Assembly (NCBI GenBank): GCA_964544275.1
Contig: CAZIZX010000002.1
Span: 2,056-66,055 of the forward strand
Length of the DNA: 64,000 bases
Direction of reading: 5' to 3'
Origin: an uncultured Gammaproteobacteria bacterium
Lineage (GTDB): Bacteria; Patescibacteriota; Microgenomatia; UBA12405
Below, piece after piece: positions 56,673 to 64,000 of the stretch; within the stretch, counting starts at the first letter, position 1, and each line of letters opens with the position of its first letter. Position numbers and translations under genes: made by a program. Below the pieces are notes generated by a model. It did not search any database and was not told where the DNA came from. It saw nothing but the letters and a program-made list of their open reading frames with translations.

Positions 56673-56800
56673 GAAGATATTATACCTTAGGATTTGATTA
56701 TTATCTAAAAAACTGGAGATTGAACTAAATTATTGTTCAACTAAGAAACTGATTTTTGGTGGATTTGATATATTTTTGCCCATTACTTTCTAGTTGACTG

Positions 56801-56848
56801 ACACTATTGGTGGGGTTTATGATGACAATCATCCACTATGATTAGTGG
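56801..56848 (+). promoter_or_regulatory. Tandem NrdR boxes upstream of nrdR-nrdJ
   Basis: Box 2 is ccactatgattagtgg (56833-56848), a 16-bp palindrome CCACTA..TAGTGG matching the acaCwAtATaTwGtgt consensus core. Box 1 is acactattggtggggt (56801-56816), with a good left half-site. The boxes are 32 bp apart centre to centre and 27 bp from the nrdR ATG. Confidence 0.5.
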
Positions 56849-56874
56849 TTTTAAAAATTTAGCGAAAAAAGCGT

Positions 56875-57321
56875 ATGTTATGTCCTTATTGTGGTTTTGA
56901 CGAGTCGAATGTACTGGAGAGTCGGGATGCTCAGGAAGGGAAGGCGACCCGAAGGCGGAGGGAATGCCTAAAGTGCAATAAAAGATTTACGACTTATGAA
57001 AAAACGGGAAATATTGAACTGAGGGTAGTCAAAAAGGATGGTCGGATAGAGGATTATTCCAGGGAAAAGCTGGAAAAGTGTTTTGATAAAGCCTGCTGGA
57101 AGTTGTCAACCGAAGAAAGAAGTCGAATGATAGACGAAGTTGAAAAGAGACTTTTGAATTGGGAAAAAGTAGAGATACCCAGCCGGGAGATTGGCCTGAT
57201 GGTGATGGAGATGATTAAAGATATTGATCCGGTGGCTTATATTCGGTTTGCTACGGTTTATCTGGATATCAAATCGATTGAAGATTTCAGTAATTTATTA
57301 GTTGAATTTCAAAACAAATAA
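56875..57321 (+). CDS. nrdR: Transcriptional repressor NrdR (Zn-ribbon + ATP-cone)
   Basis: MLCPYCG..CLKCNKRFTTYE.. is the zinc ribbon. The ATP-cone follows. Stop overlaps the nrdJ start (TAATG). Confidence 0.9.
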   Translation: MLCPYCGFDESNVLESRDAQEGKATRRRRECLKCNKRFTTYEKTGNIELRVVKKDGRIEDYSREKLEKCFDKACWKLSTEERSRMIDEVEKRLLNWEKVEIPSREIGLMVMEMIKDIDPVAYIRFATVYLDIKSIEDFSNLLVEFQNK

Positions 57322-59849
57322 TGACTGACATTAGAATGTTATCAAGCAGGGATAACTTAAAAGAGGGCTTACCCGAGGTAAAGATATCGGAAAATGCCCG
57401 ATATATTGCCGAAAGCAGGTATGCCATGAAAGACAGTGAAGGCAGAGCTACCGAAAAGGTTGACGATATTTATTGGAGGGTAGCCAGTAACATAGCTAAA
57501 GCTGACGGGGTGTTTAATAAGAATGATGGTCAGGTAAATGATTTGGCGGTTAGTTTTTTTGGGTTGATGGCGGAACAAAAATTTTTTCCCAATACACCGT
57601 GTCTGGTGAATGCAGGTAAGGAAAATCAGCAATTATCGGCTTGTTTTGTGCTGCCGATAGAGGATTCAATGAAGTCTATTTTGGAGACGATGTCAGATAT
57701 GGCCATGATTCATAAAAGCGGAGGAGGGACGGGGTTTTCATTTTCGCGACTGAGACCTTATGGGGATTATATAAAAACTAGTGGTGGAACGACGGTGGGT
57801 CCGGTGTCGTTTATGCAGGCTTATAACGATGTGACCTCGCAGATTAAGCAAGGTGGGGTGAGAAGAGGGGCGAATATGGGAATGCTGTCGATTGAACACC
57901 CGGACGTACTGAGGTTTGCGGTGGTCAAATTGGATGAGTATAGCTTGACTAACTTCAACATATCGTTGGCGGTGACTAATAAGTTTATGGAAAAAATTGA
58001 GGGGGACAAAAAGTTTGTGGCGGATGATTCGGTACCGGAGGGGACGGTTGAGTTTATTCGAGAAGCGGAACAGAATCGGGATGTAGATATGAAGTTGAGG
58101 CAAATAGAGGAAGGAGTGGCTAAATTATATGAGTGGGCGGAAGCCAAGAGTGAGGGTGAAGGATATGAGTTGATTAACCCTAGAGATGGAAAAGTGACTA
58201 TGAGGTTGAATGCTTATAAGGTATTTAATTTGATTACCAGGTTGGCCTGGCAATATGGTGATCCGGGATTGGTGTTTATTGACAGGATGAATGACGAAAG
58301 GTCGAATCCGGTGATAAAGTTGGGGAAAATTGAAGCCACAAATCCGTGCGGGGAACAACCGTTGTTGCCTTATGATGCCTGTAATTTGGGTAGTTTAAAC
58401 CTGGCTAAATTTGTAACAGGCGAGGGTAGAGTGGATTGGGATGATTTGGCGAAAACAACCAGGCAGGCAGTTCATTTTTTGGATAATGTGGTGGAGACGA
58501 ATCAGTTTCCGGTGGAGAAGATTGGGGAAACGGTTAGGAAATTTCGGAGGATCGGGTTGGGGGTGATGGGGTTTGCCGATATGCTGTTTAAGTTGGGGGT
58601 TAAATATGATTCAGACGAGGGTTTGGAATGGGCGGGAAAGATAATGAAATTTATCGATGAAAAGGCCAGAGAAGCAACGGCGGAATTAGGAAGGGAAAGA
58701 GGGGTGTTTCCAGCTTGGGAGGAGAGTGTGTTTGCGGGAACTGATTATCGACCAAGAAATATGGCCCTAACGACGATTGCGCCAACCGGAACAATCAGCA
58801 TGATTGCCGATACCAGCAGTGGAATAGAACCGGTTTTTTCGCTGGCTTATCAAAAAAATACGGTTGAAGGCAAGGTACTTTATAATGTCAACCCGGTTCT
58901 GGTGGAAGTGTTGAAGAAGCGAAATTTGTATGACGAAAAGTTAATTGAGAAAATTGTGGCCAATGGTGGGGTGCTGGGTGGGTTAACAGAGGTGCCGGAT
59001 GATATTAAAAAAGTTTTTGTGAGTGCTCTGGAGATTTCACCTGAGTGGCACGTTAAAATTCAGGCGGCTTTTCAGAAACATGTGGACAATGCGGTGTCCA
59101 AGACGATAAATTTCCCCAAAGAAGCGAGAGTAGAAGACGTGCGAGAGGCGTATTTACAAGCGTATACTTTGGGGACTAAAGGTATAACAATATATCGTAC
59201 TGGATCAAGAGAAAAGGAAATTTTGCAGAAAGTGAAAACGGGGGACAAGAACAAGGAAGCAGGGGGTGAGGGTAACGGTAAGTCGAATTGGCATTTGGCT
59301 AAGAAGAAAAGTACGCCGAGTATTGCCAATGGGGTGCGGGTGAAGAAGGGCTGTGACATGGGGAATGTTTACACTTCGGTGTTTTTTGAGGAGGGAGACG
59401 GGCCGGTGGAAGTGTTTGTGACTTTGGGTAAAAGTGGCGGGTATATGGCCGGAGCGGCCGAAGTAACAGGCAGATTGGCTTCGTTGGCATTGAAATATGG
59501 GGCCAGTTTGAATGAGGTAGCTGAAGAAATGGTAGGAATATCATGTGGACAAAGAGTAGGGTTGGGCAGCAATGCGGTTTTGAGTATGTTTGATGCAGTA
59601 GGGAAATCGATTTTGGAGATTTGGAGGGGGGAGCAGTTGGACTTATTTGGCGCAGAGGAGGGAGCGAATAAGGTTAACTCGGCACCAACCCTAAATCTGG
59701 AGGCGGATATGTTATCGGAAATCAGGACCAAATTAGCTGATACTGAGAGTAAATTCAGTTCCTGTCCGGATTGTGGTAGTCCGCTGTATGCGGAAGAGGG
59801 ATGTTTTAAATGTTCAAACAGTTTTTGCGGTTACAGCAAGTGTAGTTAA
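57321..59849 (+). CDS. nrdJ: Class II (adenosylcobalamin-dependent) ribonucleotide reductase NrdJ
   Basis: 842 aa. ..FFPNTPCLVNAG..LSACFVLPIEDSM.., active-site NPCGEQPL, C-terminal Cys cluster CPDCG..CFKCSNSFCGYSKCS. Confidence 0.9.
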   Translation: MTDIRMLSSRDNLKEGLPEVKISENARYIAESRYAMKDSEGRATEKVDDIYWRVASNIAKADGVFNKNDGQVNDLAVSFFGLMAEQKFFPNTPCLVNAGKENQQLSACFVLPIEDSMKSILETMSDMAMIHKSGGGTGFSFSRLRPYGDYIKTSGGTTVGPVSFMQAYNDVTSQIKQGGVRRGANMGMLSIEHPDVLRFAVVKLDEYSLTNFNISLAVTNKFMEKIEGDKKFVADDSVPEGTVEFIREAEQNRDVDMKLRQIEEGVAKLYEWAEAKSEGEGYELINPRDGKVTMRLNAYKVFNLITRLAWQYGDPGLVFIDRMNDERSNPVIKLGKIEATNPCGEQPLLPYDACNLGSLNLAKFVTGEGRVDWDDLAKTTRQAVHFLDNVVETNQFPVEKIGETVRKFRRIGLGVMGFADMLFKLGVKYDSDEGLEWAGKIMKFIDEKAREATAELGRERGVFPAWEESVFAGTDYRPRNMALTTIAPTGTISMIADTSSGIEPVFSLAYQKNTVEGKVLYNVNPVLVEVLKKRNLYDEKLIEKIVANGGVLGGLTEVPDDIKKVFVSALEISPEWHVKIQAAFQKHVDNAVSKTINFPKEARVEDVREAYLQAYTLGTKGITIYRTGSREKEILQKVKTGDKNKEAGGEGNGKSNWHLAKKKSTPSIANGVRVKKGCDMGNVYTSVFFEEGDGPVEVFVTLGKSGGYMAGAAEVTGRLASLALKYGASLNEVAEEMVGISCGQRVGLGSNAVLSMFDAVGKSILEIWRGEQLDLFGAEEGANKVNSAPTLNLEADMLSEIRTKLADTESKFSSCPDCGSPLYAEEGCFKCSNSFCGYSKCS

Positions 59850-59851
59850 TT

Positions 59852-60328
59852 ATGTCGATAACAACTAAAACAGGAGATGGAGGAAAAAGTCGGTGGATGG
59901 GAAGAGAGGAAGACAAAGACGGTGTTTTGCTGGAGGCGATAGGAGTAATAGATGAATTGAAAGCGGTGACCGGGATGATAAAAACGGCAGATATTGATAA
60001 TGAGATGGGGAAAATCGAGGAGGACTTGTGGGGAATAATGGGTGAGTTGAGTTGTGAGGTGGTTTTTGGGGGTTACGATGAGCGAGTTAGGGAGATGGAG
60101 GAGGAAATTGTCAAAATTGAGTCTGGGGTGAGGCCAATTAGTAAATTTGTGGGGTTTGAAAGTGAAGTGGGGGTAAAATTGAATTGGGTTCGGACAGTAG
60201 CCAGAAGGGCGGAAAGAAGAGTGGTGGGTTTGAGTAAGAGGAGGAAAGTTGATCCGAGAGCTTTAGTTTATTTTAATAGATTGTCGGATTATTTGTTTAT
60301 GCTGGGGAGGAGGGCGGAAGAAGATTAA
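59852..60328 (+). CDS. PduO-type ATP:cob(I)alamin adenosyltransferase
   Basis: 158 aa. N-terminal ..ITTKTGDGGKS.. and ..EAIGVIDEL.. helices match Cob_adeno_trans (MMAB/PduO). It sits directly after the AdoCbl-dependent nrdJ. Confidence 0.75.
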   Translation: MSITTKTGDGGKSRWMGREEDKDGVLLEAIGVIDELKAVTGMIKTADIDNEMGKIEEDLWGIMGELSCEVVFGGYDERVREMEEEIVKIESGVRPISKFVGFESEVGVKLNWVRTVARRAERRVVGLSKRRKVDPRALVYFNRLSDYLFMLGRRAEED

Positions 60329-60335
60329 TTAAAAA

Positions 60336-60410
60336 GGGGAAGCGGGGTGAAATTCCCCCACTGTGCCGCAACGGTGATAGTCCGAGGACCAAATCTTTCG
60401 AGCAAAAGAT
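60336..60410 (+). ncRNA. Candidate compact cobalamin (AdoCbl-variant-like) riboswitch element
   Basis: GGGGAAGCGGGGTGAAATTCCCCCACTGTGCCGCAACGGTGATAGTCCGAGGACC carries, in the correct order, GGGAA, GGUGaAAuUCC, CCACUGU and a B12-box-like AGUCCGAGGACC (consensus AGYCMGGAGACC). It is short for a canonical riboswitch and needs a covariance-model check. Confidence 0.35.
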
Positions 60411-61313
60411 ATGTTGGGGCGGGTAGAAGTTGTAAACCAATATTTTGATCCGAGGAAGTACAAAAGAGACGATTTGGCGAGGATTTTGATGGAAAACAGA
60501 GATACATCGGATTTAGCCAAGAGGGTGGCTCCTTATGAATTGAATTTTGATAAATATGGTAATCCGAATTTTCCGGTGAGAAGAGAAACGAGAATTGATT
60601 TGCTGGAAATTGCGGCCTATGAGAGGATGAGAAGTTTGGCTTATGAGGGACAAAAATATATTTTGTGGATTAGTCCACCGTCGGAGGAGGCCGGATATGT
60701 GGAGAATCGGTTCGTGGTGGCGATAGTGAGGCGAGTGGGGGAGGAGGTAGAAATGGAATGTCGGGGAATTTGTGCTAAATATAGTGAAGAGGAGTGTCTG
60801 GAATTGGGTAACAGGATATTTTCCGAATGTTCTTCTTACCATGAATTGGAAAATAGCGACGATTTGAGAAGGACACCGATTCCGGTTGGGGTAGATGAGG
60901 AAAAAGAGAATTGGATCGATGTATTGGAAAAATTTATTGATTTGCCTTCGGTATGGGGGGCAATAAGGCAGGGGATAGATTTGGACAATTTAAGAAAAAT
61001 GAATGAGGTGGCCAGGACAGTGGAAGTGCAATTTAGAGGTATTTTAGAAAGAGGGATAAAAACCCAGGAAGAATCAATAATGATTGGGGCGATGATGGAA
61101 CAGTTTATTGAGAGACGCTTTGGGATTAGTTTGATGGCAGGAGGGGGGCACGGGATGTCCAACAGTGCGGCATTAGGACGGGTTTCGGCCAGAAGCCCGT
61201 TTACGGAGTTGTTTGACAGGAGTAAGGTGATAGGCAGGGAGGGGAAAAAATACTGTGAACTATGTGGTACTTGGTATAGCGGCGAGAAGTGTCCTTATTG
61301 TGGGAAGGGATGA
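60411..61313 (+). CDS. Hypothetical protein with C-terminal CxxC..CxxC zinc ribbon
   Basis: 300 aa. Ends ..KKYCELCGTWYSGEKCPYCGKG. No family recognised. Lies downstream of the candidate riboswitch. The start may be at an internal Met. Confidence 0.5.
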   Translation: MLGRVEVVNQYFDPRKYKRDDLARILMENRDTSDLAKRVAPYELNFDKYGNPNFPVRRETRIDLLEIAAYERMRSLAYEGQKYILWISPPSEEAGYVENRFVVAIVRRVGEEVEMECRGICAKYSEEECLELGNRIFSECSSYHELENSDDLRRTPIPVGVDEEKENWIDVLEKFIDLPSVWGAIRQGIDLDNLRKMNEVARTVEVQFRGILERGIKTQEESIMIGAMMEQFIERRFGISLMAGGGHGMSNSAALGRVSARSPFTELFDRSKVIGREGKKYCELCGTWYSGEKCPYCGKG

Positions 61314-61320
61314 GGGAAAA

Positions 61321-61965
61321 TTATTCGTTGGCTTTGAGCCATTTTTCCCGTTGAAGATAGAGAAAACCCAGAACCAGGAAGATGCCAAGGACAGTGAGAA
61401 GAGACTCGATTTTGTCGAGGCCGTGAGCCAGTTGAACAAAGGCTTCACCAAGCTGAAAACCGATGAAACCCAAAATTGTGGCTCGAAGAAGAAGGGCCAG
61501 AAAAAGCATGGGGTAGAATTTGGCAGGAGGGACTTTGAAGCCCCCGCAGAAGCCGGTAATGAGAGAAACCGGGACAATGGGAATGGTGCAAGCAATGAGA
61601 ATAAAAAGTTCGTCTTTGATGGATTTTTGAAAATCAGTCCTGACTTTTTCGATTAACTTCCAAGAAAGACCAATGTATGGGCCAATTTTGTCGATAATGG
61701 GCTTACCGCCAAAATAGGCAAAGAAGTAGACCAAGCTGGTACCAAGAGTAGCGCCGATAGAATAGGGCAGGGCGACGTGAAGGAAGACGTTCCAGATAGT
61801 TTCAAAAAATGGATGGCCGTGTTCGACCAGGAAAGCGCCCCCGGCCATGGTGATGATGGGAGAAGGGATGGGAACAATGATTTGTTCGATAAAGCCTCCG
61901 GTCAGCATGGCCAGAGGGCCATTAACATGAACCAGTTCAAGGATATGATTGAGGATTTCAGTCAT
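61321..61965 (-). CDS. DedA/TVP38/SNARE-associated family membrane protein
   Basis: Start at MTEILNHILELV (complement of 61963-61965), with TATACT 6 nt upstream. ..GPLAMLTGGFIEQIIVPIPSPIITMAGGAF.. is the DedA signature. The ORF-track start at 62268 adds 100 Pro/Ser-rich residues in-frame that overlap the next gene. Confidence 0.75.
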   Translation of the reverse strand: MTEILNHILELVHVNGPLAMLTGGFIEQIIVPIPSPIITMAGGAFLVEHGHPFFETIWNVFLHVALPYSIGATLGTSLVYFFAYFGGKPIIDKIGPYIGLSWKLIEKVRTDFQKSIKDELFILIACTIPIVPVSLITGFCGGFKVPPAKFYPMLFLALLLRATILGFIGFQLGEAFVQLAHGLDKIESLLTVLGIFLVLGFLYLQREKWLKANE

Positions 61966-61996
61966 GTTTTGAGTATATAGGGGGATTTTCAATATA

Positions 61997-63058
61997 TCAA
62001 TTACCACTCCGAGTGCGATACCAATTGTCGATGCCCTGATGGTTTTTGGTAAAGAAGGCGTAGAAGTCGAGACCGTATTGTCGGCTACCGCCGGAGTAAC
62101 GGGTGGCCGCTTGGATGAGGGCTTCTTTGATGGATGGCTTTTGATCAAAGGATTCCCGGAGATAATCGGCAAAAACCCGGTAGCCGGTTTGGATATTAGT
62201 TTTGGGATCAAAGGGATTTTCTTTGTTCTGGAAATGAAAGGGCATAACCTGCATGAGACCCATAGCACCGGCAGTAGAAGTTAGATCGGGTGTACCCATA
62301 GATTCAAATTGGATAATAATGCCGGTGACGGAGCGGGAATATCCGGATGGAATAGATTTGACAATTTCCTGCCTCCAGGCGAGTACCTGGGGAACAAGGA
62401 ATAGTGGTAGTTGGTCGGTGTCGAGAAGGGGTATTGATTGGCTACCAGGAATTAAAACTGAGGGAGGAGTGGTTTGAGACTGAAAATATTGATTGAGGCT
62501 GATCTCTTGGAACGGTTTACCTGAAGTAGGACAGTAAAGGGTGAGTTTGTCGTGAAGAAGATCAGTGCCAGCGACAAGGTGGGTATAAGTGTATTGGGAA
62601 TTCTCGGGTTGGTGTTGAAGTAATAATGGGGCGGGAGACTGGACGGACAGTTGATGAAGCTGATCGGGGGTGGAGATTTGTCGGGTTTGATAGTCGGCTC
62701 CATAGGAATTAGCTAAGTCTTTGAGGGATTTCAGGTCGGTGCCTGAAGCTTGCCAGTTTTGTCTTGATAAACCCCGGAAGACTACTCCTTTGATGGAGTC
62801 GGGATTATTTTCAATAACCTGATTTTTGATGAGAGTTGAGGCCAGGGCCAACGGTCCGCTGGAGTTGCAGAGGCGGATATCATCTTCACGAAAGTCAGAT
62901 GATTTGATTTGAGGAAAACTGTGATGATGGATTTCGGGAGGAAGTCCTGAGAATGAGTCTGGGGTATGGGGGTGTCGGGTTCTGGGCAAAATCGTGTTTG
63001 CCGCTGTCAGGCCTGAAAGTCGTAGAAAATCCCGACGGGAATAAGTGCGTTCTGACAA
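61997..63058 (-). CDS. Tat-signal secreted lytic transglycosylase (SLT domain)
   Basis: TTG start. Twin-arginine motif SRRDFLRLSGLTAA. C-terminal ..STAGAMGLMQVMPFHFQ..NIQTGYRVFADYL is the SLT catalytic-region pattern. Confidence 0.7.
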   Translation of the reverse strand: MSERTYSRRDFLRLSGLTAANTILPRTRHPHTPDSFSGLPPEIHHHSFPQIKSSDFREDDIRLCNSSGPLALASTLIKNQVIENNPDSIKGVVFRGLSRQNWQASGTDLKSLKDLANSYGADYQTRQISTPDQLHQLSVQSPAPLLLQHQPENSQYTYTHLVAGTDLLHDKLTLYCPTSGKPFQEISLNQYFQSQTTPPSVLIPGSQSIPLLDTDQLPLFLVPQVLAWRQEIVKSIPSGYSRSVTGIIIQFESMGTPDLTSTAGAMGLMQVMPFHFQNKENPFDPKTNIQTGYRVFADYLRESFDQKPSIKEALIQAATRYSGGSRQYGLDFYAFFTKNHQGIDNWYRTRSGN

Positions 63059-63151
63059 AGGATTTTTGTAAAAATACTGACAACACTAAATTATACCTGA
63101 TTTGAGGCCGTAAAGCAAGGATATATCCTTATAACGTGGGATTGGTTGAAT

Positions 63152-64000
63152 TTAAATTTTACGGTCGGGAAGGGTGGAGAGTTCTTTTTGCCAATTTGGC
63201 AGTCCGCACCACTGATGTTTTGCTTCGGGGCAAGGTGGAATCAGACCGACCTGGCGGCGGATAGCGCAGGGAGTTGGCTGATTAAAATAAGTACCAAGGA
63301 GAGAGTCGTATTGTTGGAGTTGGCGAAGCATTTCTAAGTTAAGACGCCAAATTTCTTCTTGGGCACGATAACAAGATCTGACAGCAGCAAAATGATAAAG
63401 AGTGCCAATTGGTGCTTTAATTTGCTTGGCAATAAGGGTGTTGTTGGTGGCCAGATATTCTGTTAAGGATGGATCGACACCCATATCTATAAGTTTGGTG
63501 CGGGATTTGGTGGCAAAGTCAGAAAGTCGGTGATATAAGTCTAGGGCTTCTTGATTTTCGGTAATTATGGGAGGGATATAGTAATCGTTTTCTTTGGTCG
63601 GAATGGGAATAGATCTATGGGGAGTGTGGGAAAAGCCGCGGTGGCGTTGTAATTGCGCATCGGCAGAAAGGCTGAGTCGGATAAGGAAGCCAGCGGTGGC
63701 GTTGTTTAGCGTTTGAGAAAATTGATCCAGAACAATCTCACCGTCAACCGAAGCAAGATACGAGTTGTTGGTTGGATTTAGAACACAGTCAAGTGCTTGG
63801 GAATCAGACATTTGAGATGGAGGATAACCCAAATGAAGACGGATGGCATTGGCGATTTGTTGACTAGGTTTGATATCAGGGGTTTCAAGCTTAATATTGC
63901 CACTATTTAGTTGATTAGTAATCACGGATTCAAATGCCACGTGATTCGGGGAGCCGAATCTTTTAATGGCTTTGGTTGCGGGTGAATTTTGAGGCAGGGG
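63152..64000 (-). CDS. Hypothetical protein, partial (N-terminus beyond window end)
   Basis: The reverse frame is open from 64000 down to the stop at 63152, with no stop in 63941-64000. The ORF-track start (GTG at 63940) is probably internal. No family recognised. Confidence 0.45.
   Translation of the reverse strand, partial: PLPQNSPATKAIKRFGSPNHVAFESVITNQLNSGNIKLETPDIKPSQQIANAIRLHLGYPPSQMSDSQALDCVLNPTNNSYLASVDGEIVLDQFSQTLNNATAGFLIRLSLSADAQLQRHRGFSHTPHRSIPIPTKENDYYIPPIITENQEALDLYHRLSDFATKSRTKLIDMGVDPSLTEYLATNNTLIAKQIKAPIGTLYHFAAVRSCYRAQEEIWRLNLEMLRQLQQYDSLLGTYFNQPTPCAIRRQVGLIPPCPEAKHQWCGLPNWQKELSTLPDRKI

Noticed and set aside
61965-62268. N-terminal 100 residues of ORF 61321..62268
   Set aside because: The Pro/Ser/Lys-rich extension overlaps the Tat-SLT gene and lacks hydrophobic or conserved features. 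The DedA-like protein most plausibly starts at the internal Met at 61965, which is preceded by TATACT plus 6 nt.
1-64000. Replication origin or terminus within the window
   Set aside because: The G>C skew has the same sign from end to end. No dnaA, no DnaA-box cluster and no skew switch were seen.

Overview
This 64-kb window is gene-dense (about 60 CDS, two tRNAs) and looks like a fragment from a small-genome bacterium with a Gram-positive-type envelope; I think CPR/Patescibacteria-like, but I cannot confirm that from sequence alone.

Recognisable housekeeping genes:
- ppdK, leuS, mreB, murB, ddl, a MurF-like ligase and a tagA/wecG-like transferase.
- ruvC, ruvA and ruvB.
- rplL, rplJ, rplA, rplK, nusG and secE. 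The L11-L1 pair and the L10-L7/L12 pair are separated by about 6 kb of inserted genes (7.4 kb between rplJ and rplA).
- An nrdR-nrdJ-pduO operon with tandem NrdR boxes upstream and a candidate cobalamin-riboswitch-like element downstream.
- tRNA-Arg(CCU) and tRNA-Pro(CGG).
- A natural-competence gene set: comM/yifB-yraN-dprA, and comEA followed by a comEC that is split into two ORFs.

The accessory content is dominated by secreted or cell-surface proteins:
- A partial, highly repetitive giant protein (more than 980 aa in the window) with a cytoplasmic integrase-N-terminal SAM-like segment ahead of its single TM anchor. It is preceded by a gene that is nothing but two tandem SAM-like modules.
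- A 1270-aa DUF2341 + 4x LamG protein, and two paralogous Big_1-like 138-aa proteins.
- Two paralogous cassettes flanking ppdK (11411-15145 and 18014-19645). Each pairs a protein whose C-terminus is WxL-like ('AGNY...') with a DUF916/DUF3324-like protein that has a C-terminal TM anchor.
- A cluster of a Tat-signal papain-like peptidase, a small secreted protein and a 981-aa Cys-rich secreted protein, plus a Tat-signal lytic transglycosylase.

Two window-wide signals stand out:
- The given strand carries roughly twice as much G as C regardless of which strand the genes are on. This is a hand count from 15 sampled 60-nt lines. Proteins encoded on the two strands differ visibly in amino-acid composition as a result.
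- At least a dozen genes have a -10-like hexamer (TATAAT, TAAAAT or TAGAAT) ending 5-7 nt before the start codon with no Shine-Dalgarno. This suggests many leaderless or near-leaderless transcripts.

I see no CRISPR array, no rRNA, no transposase and no catalytic integrase.
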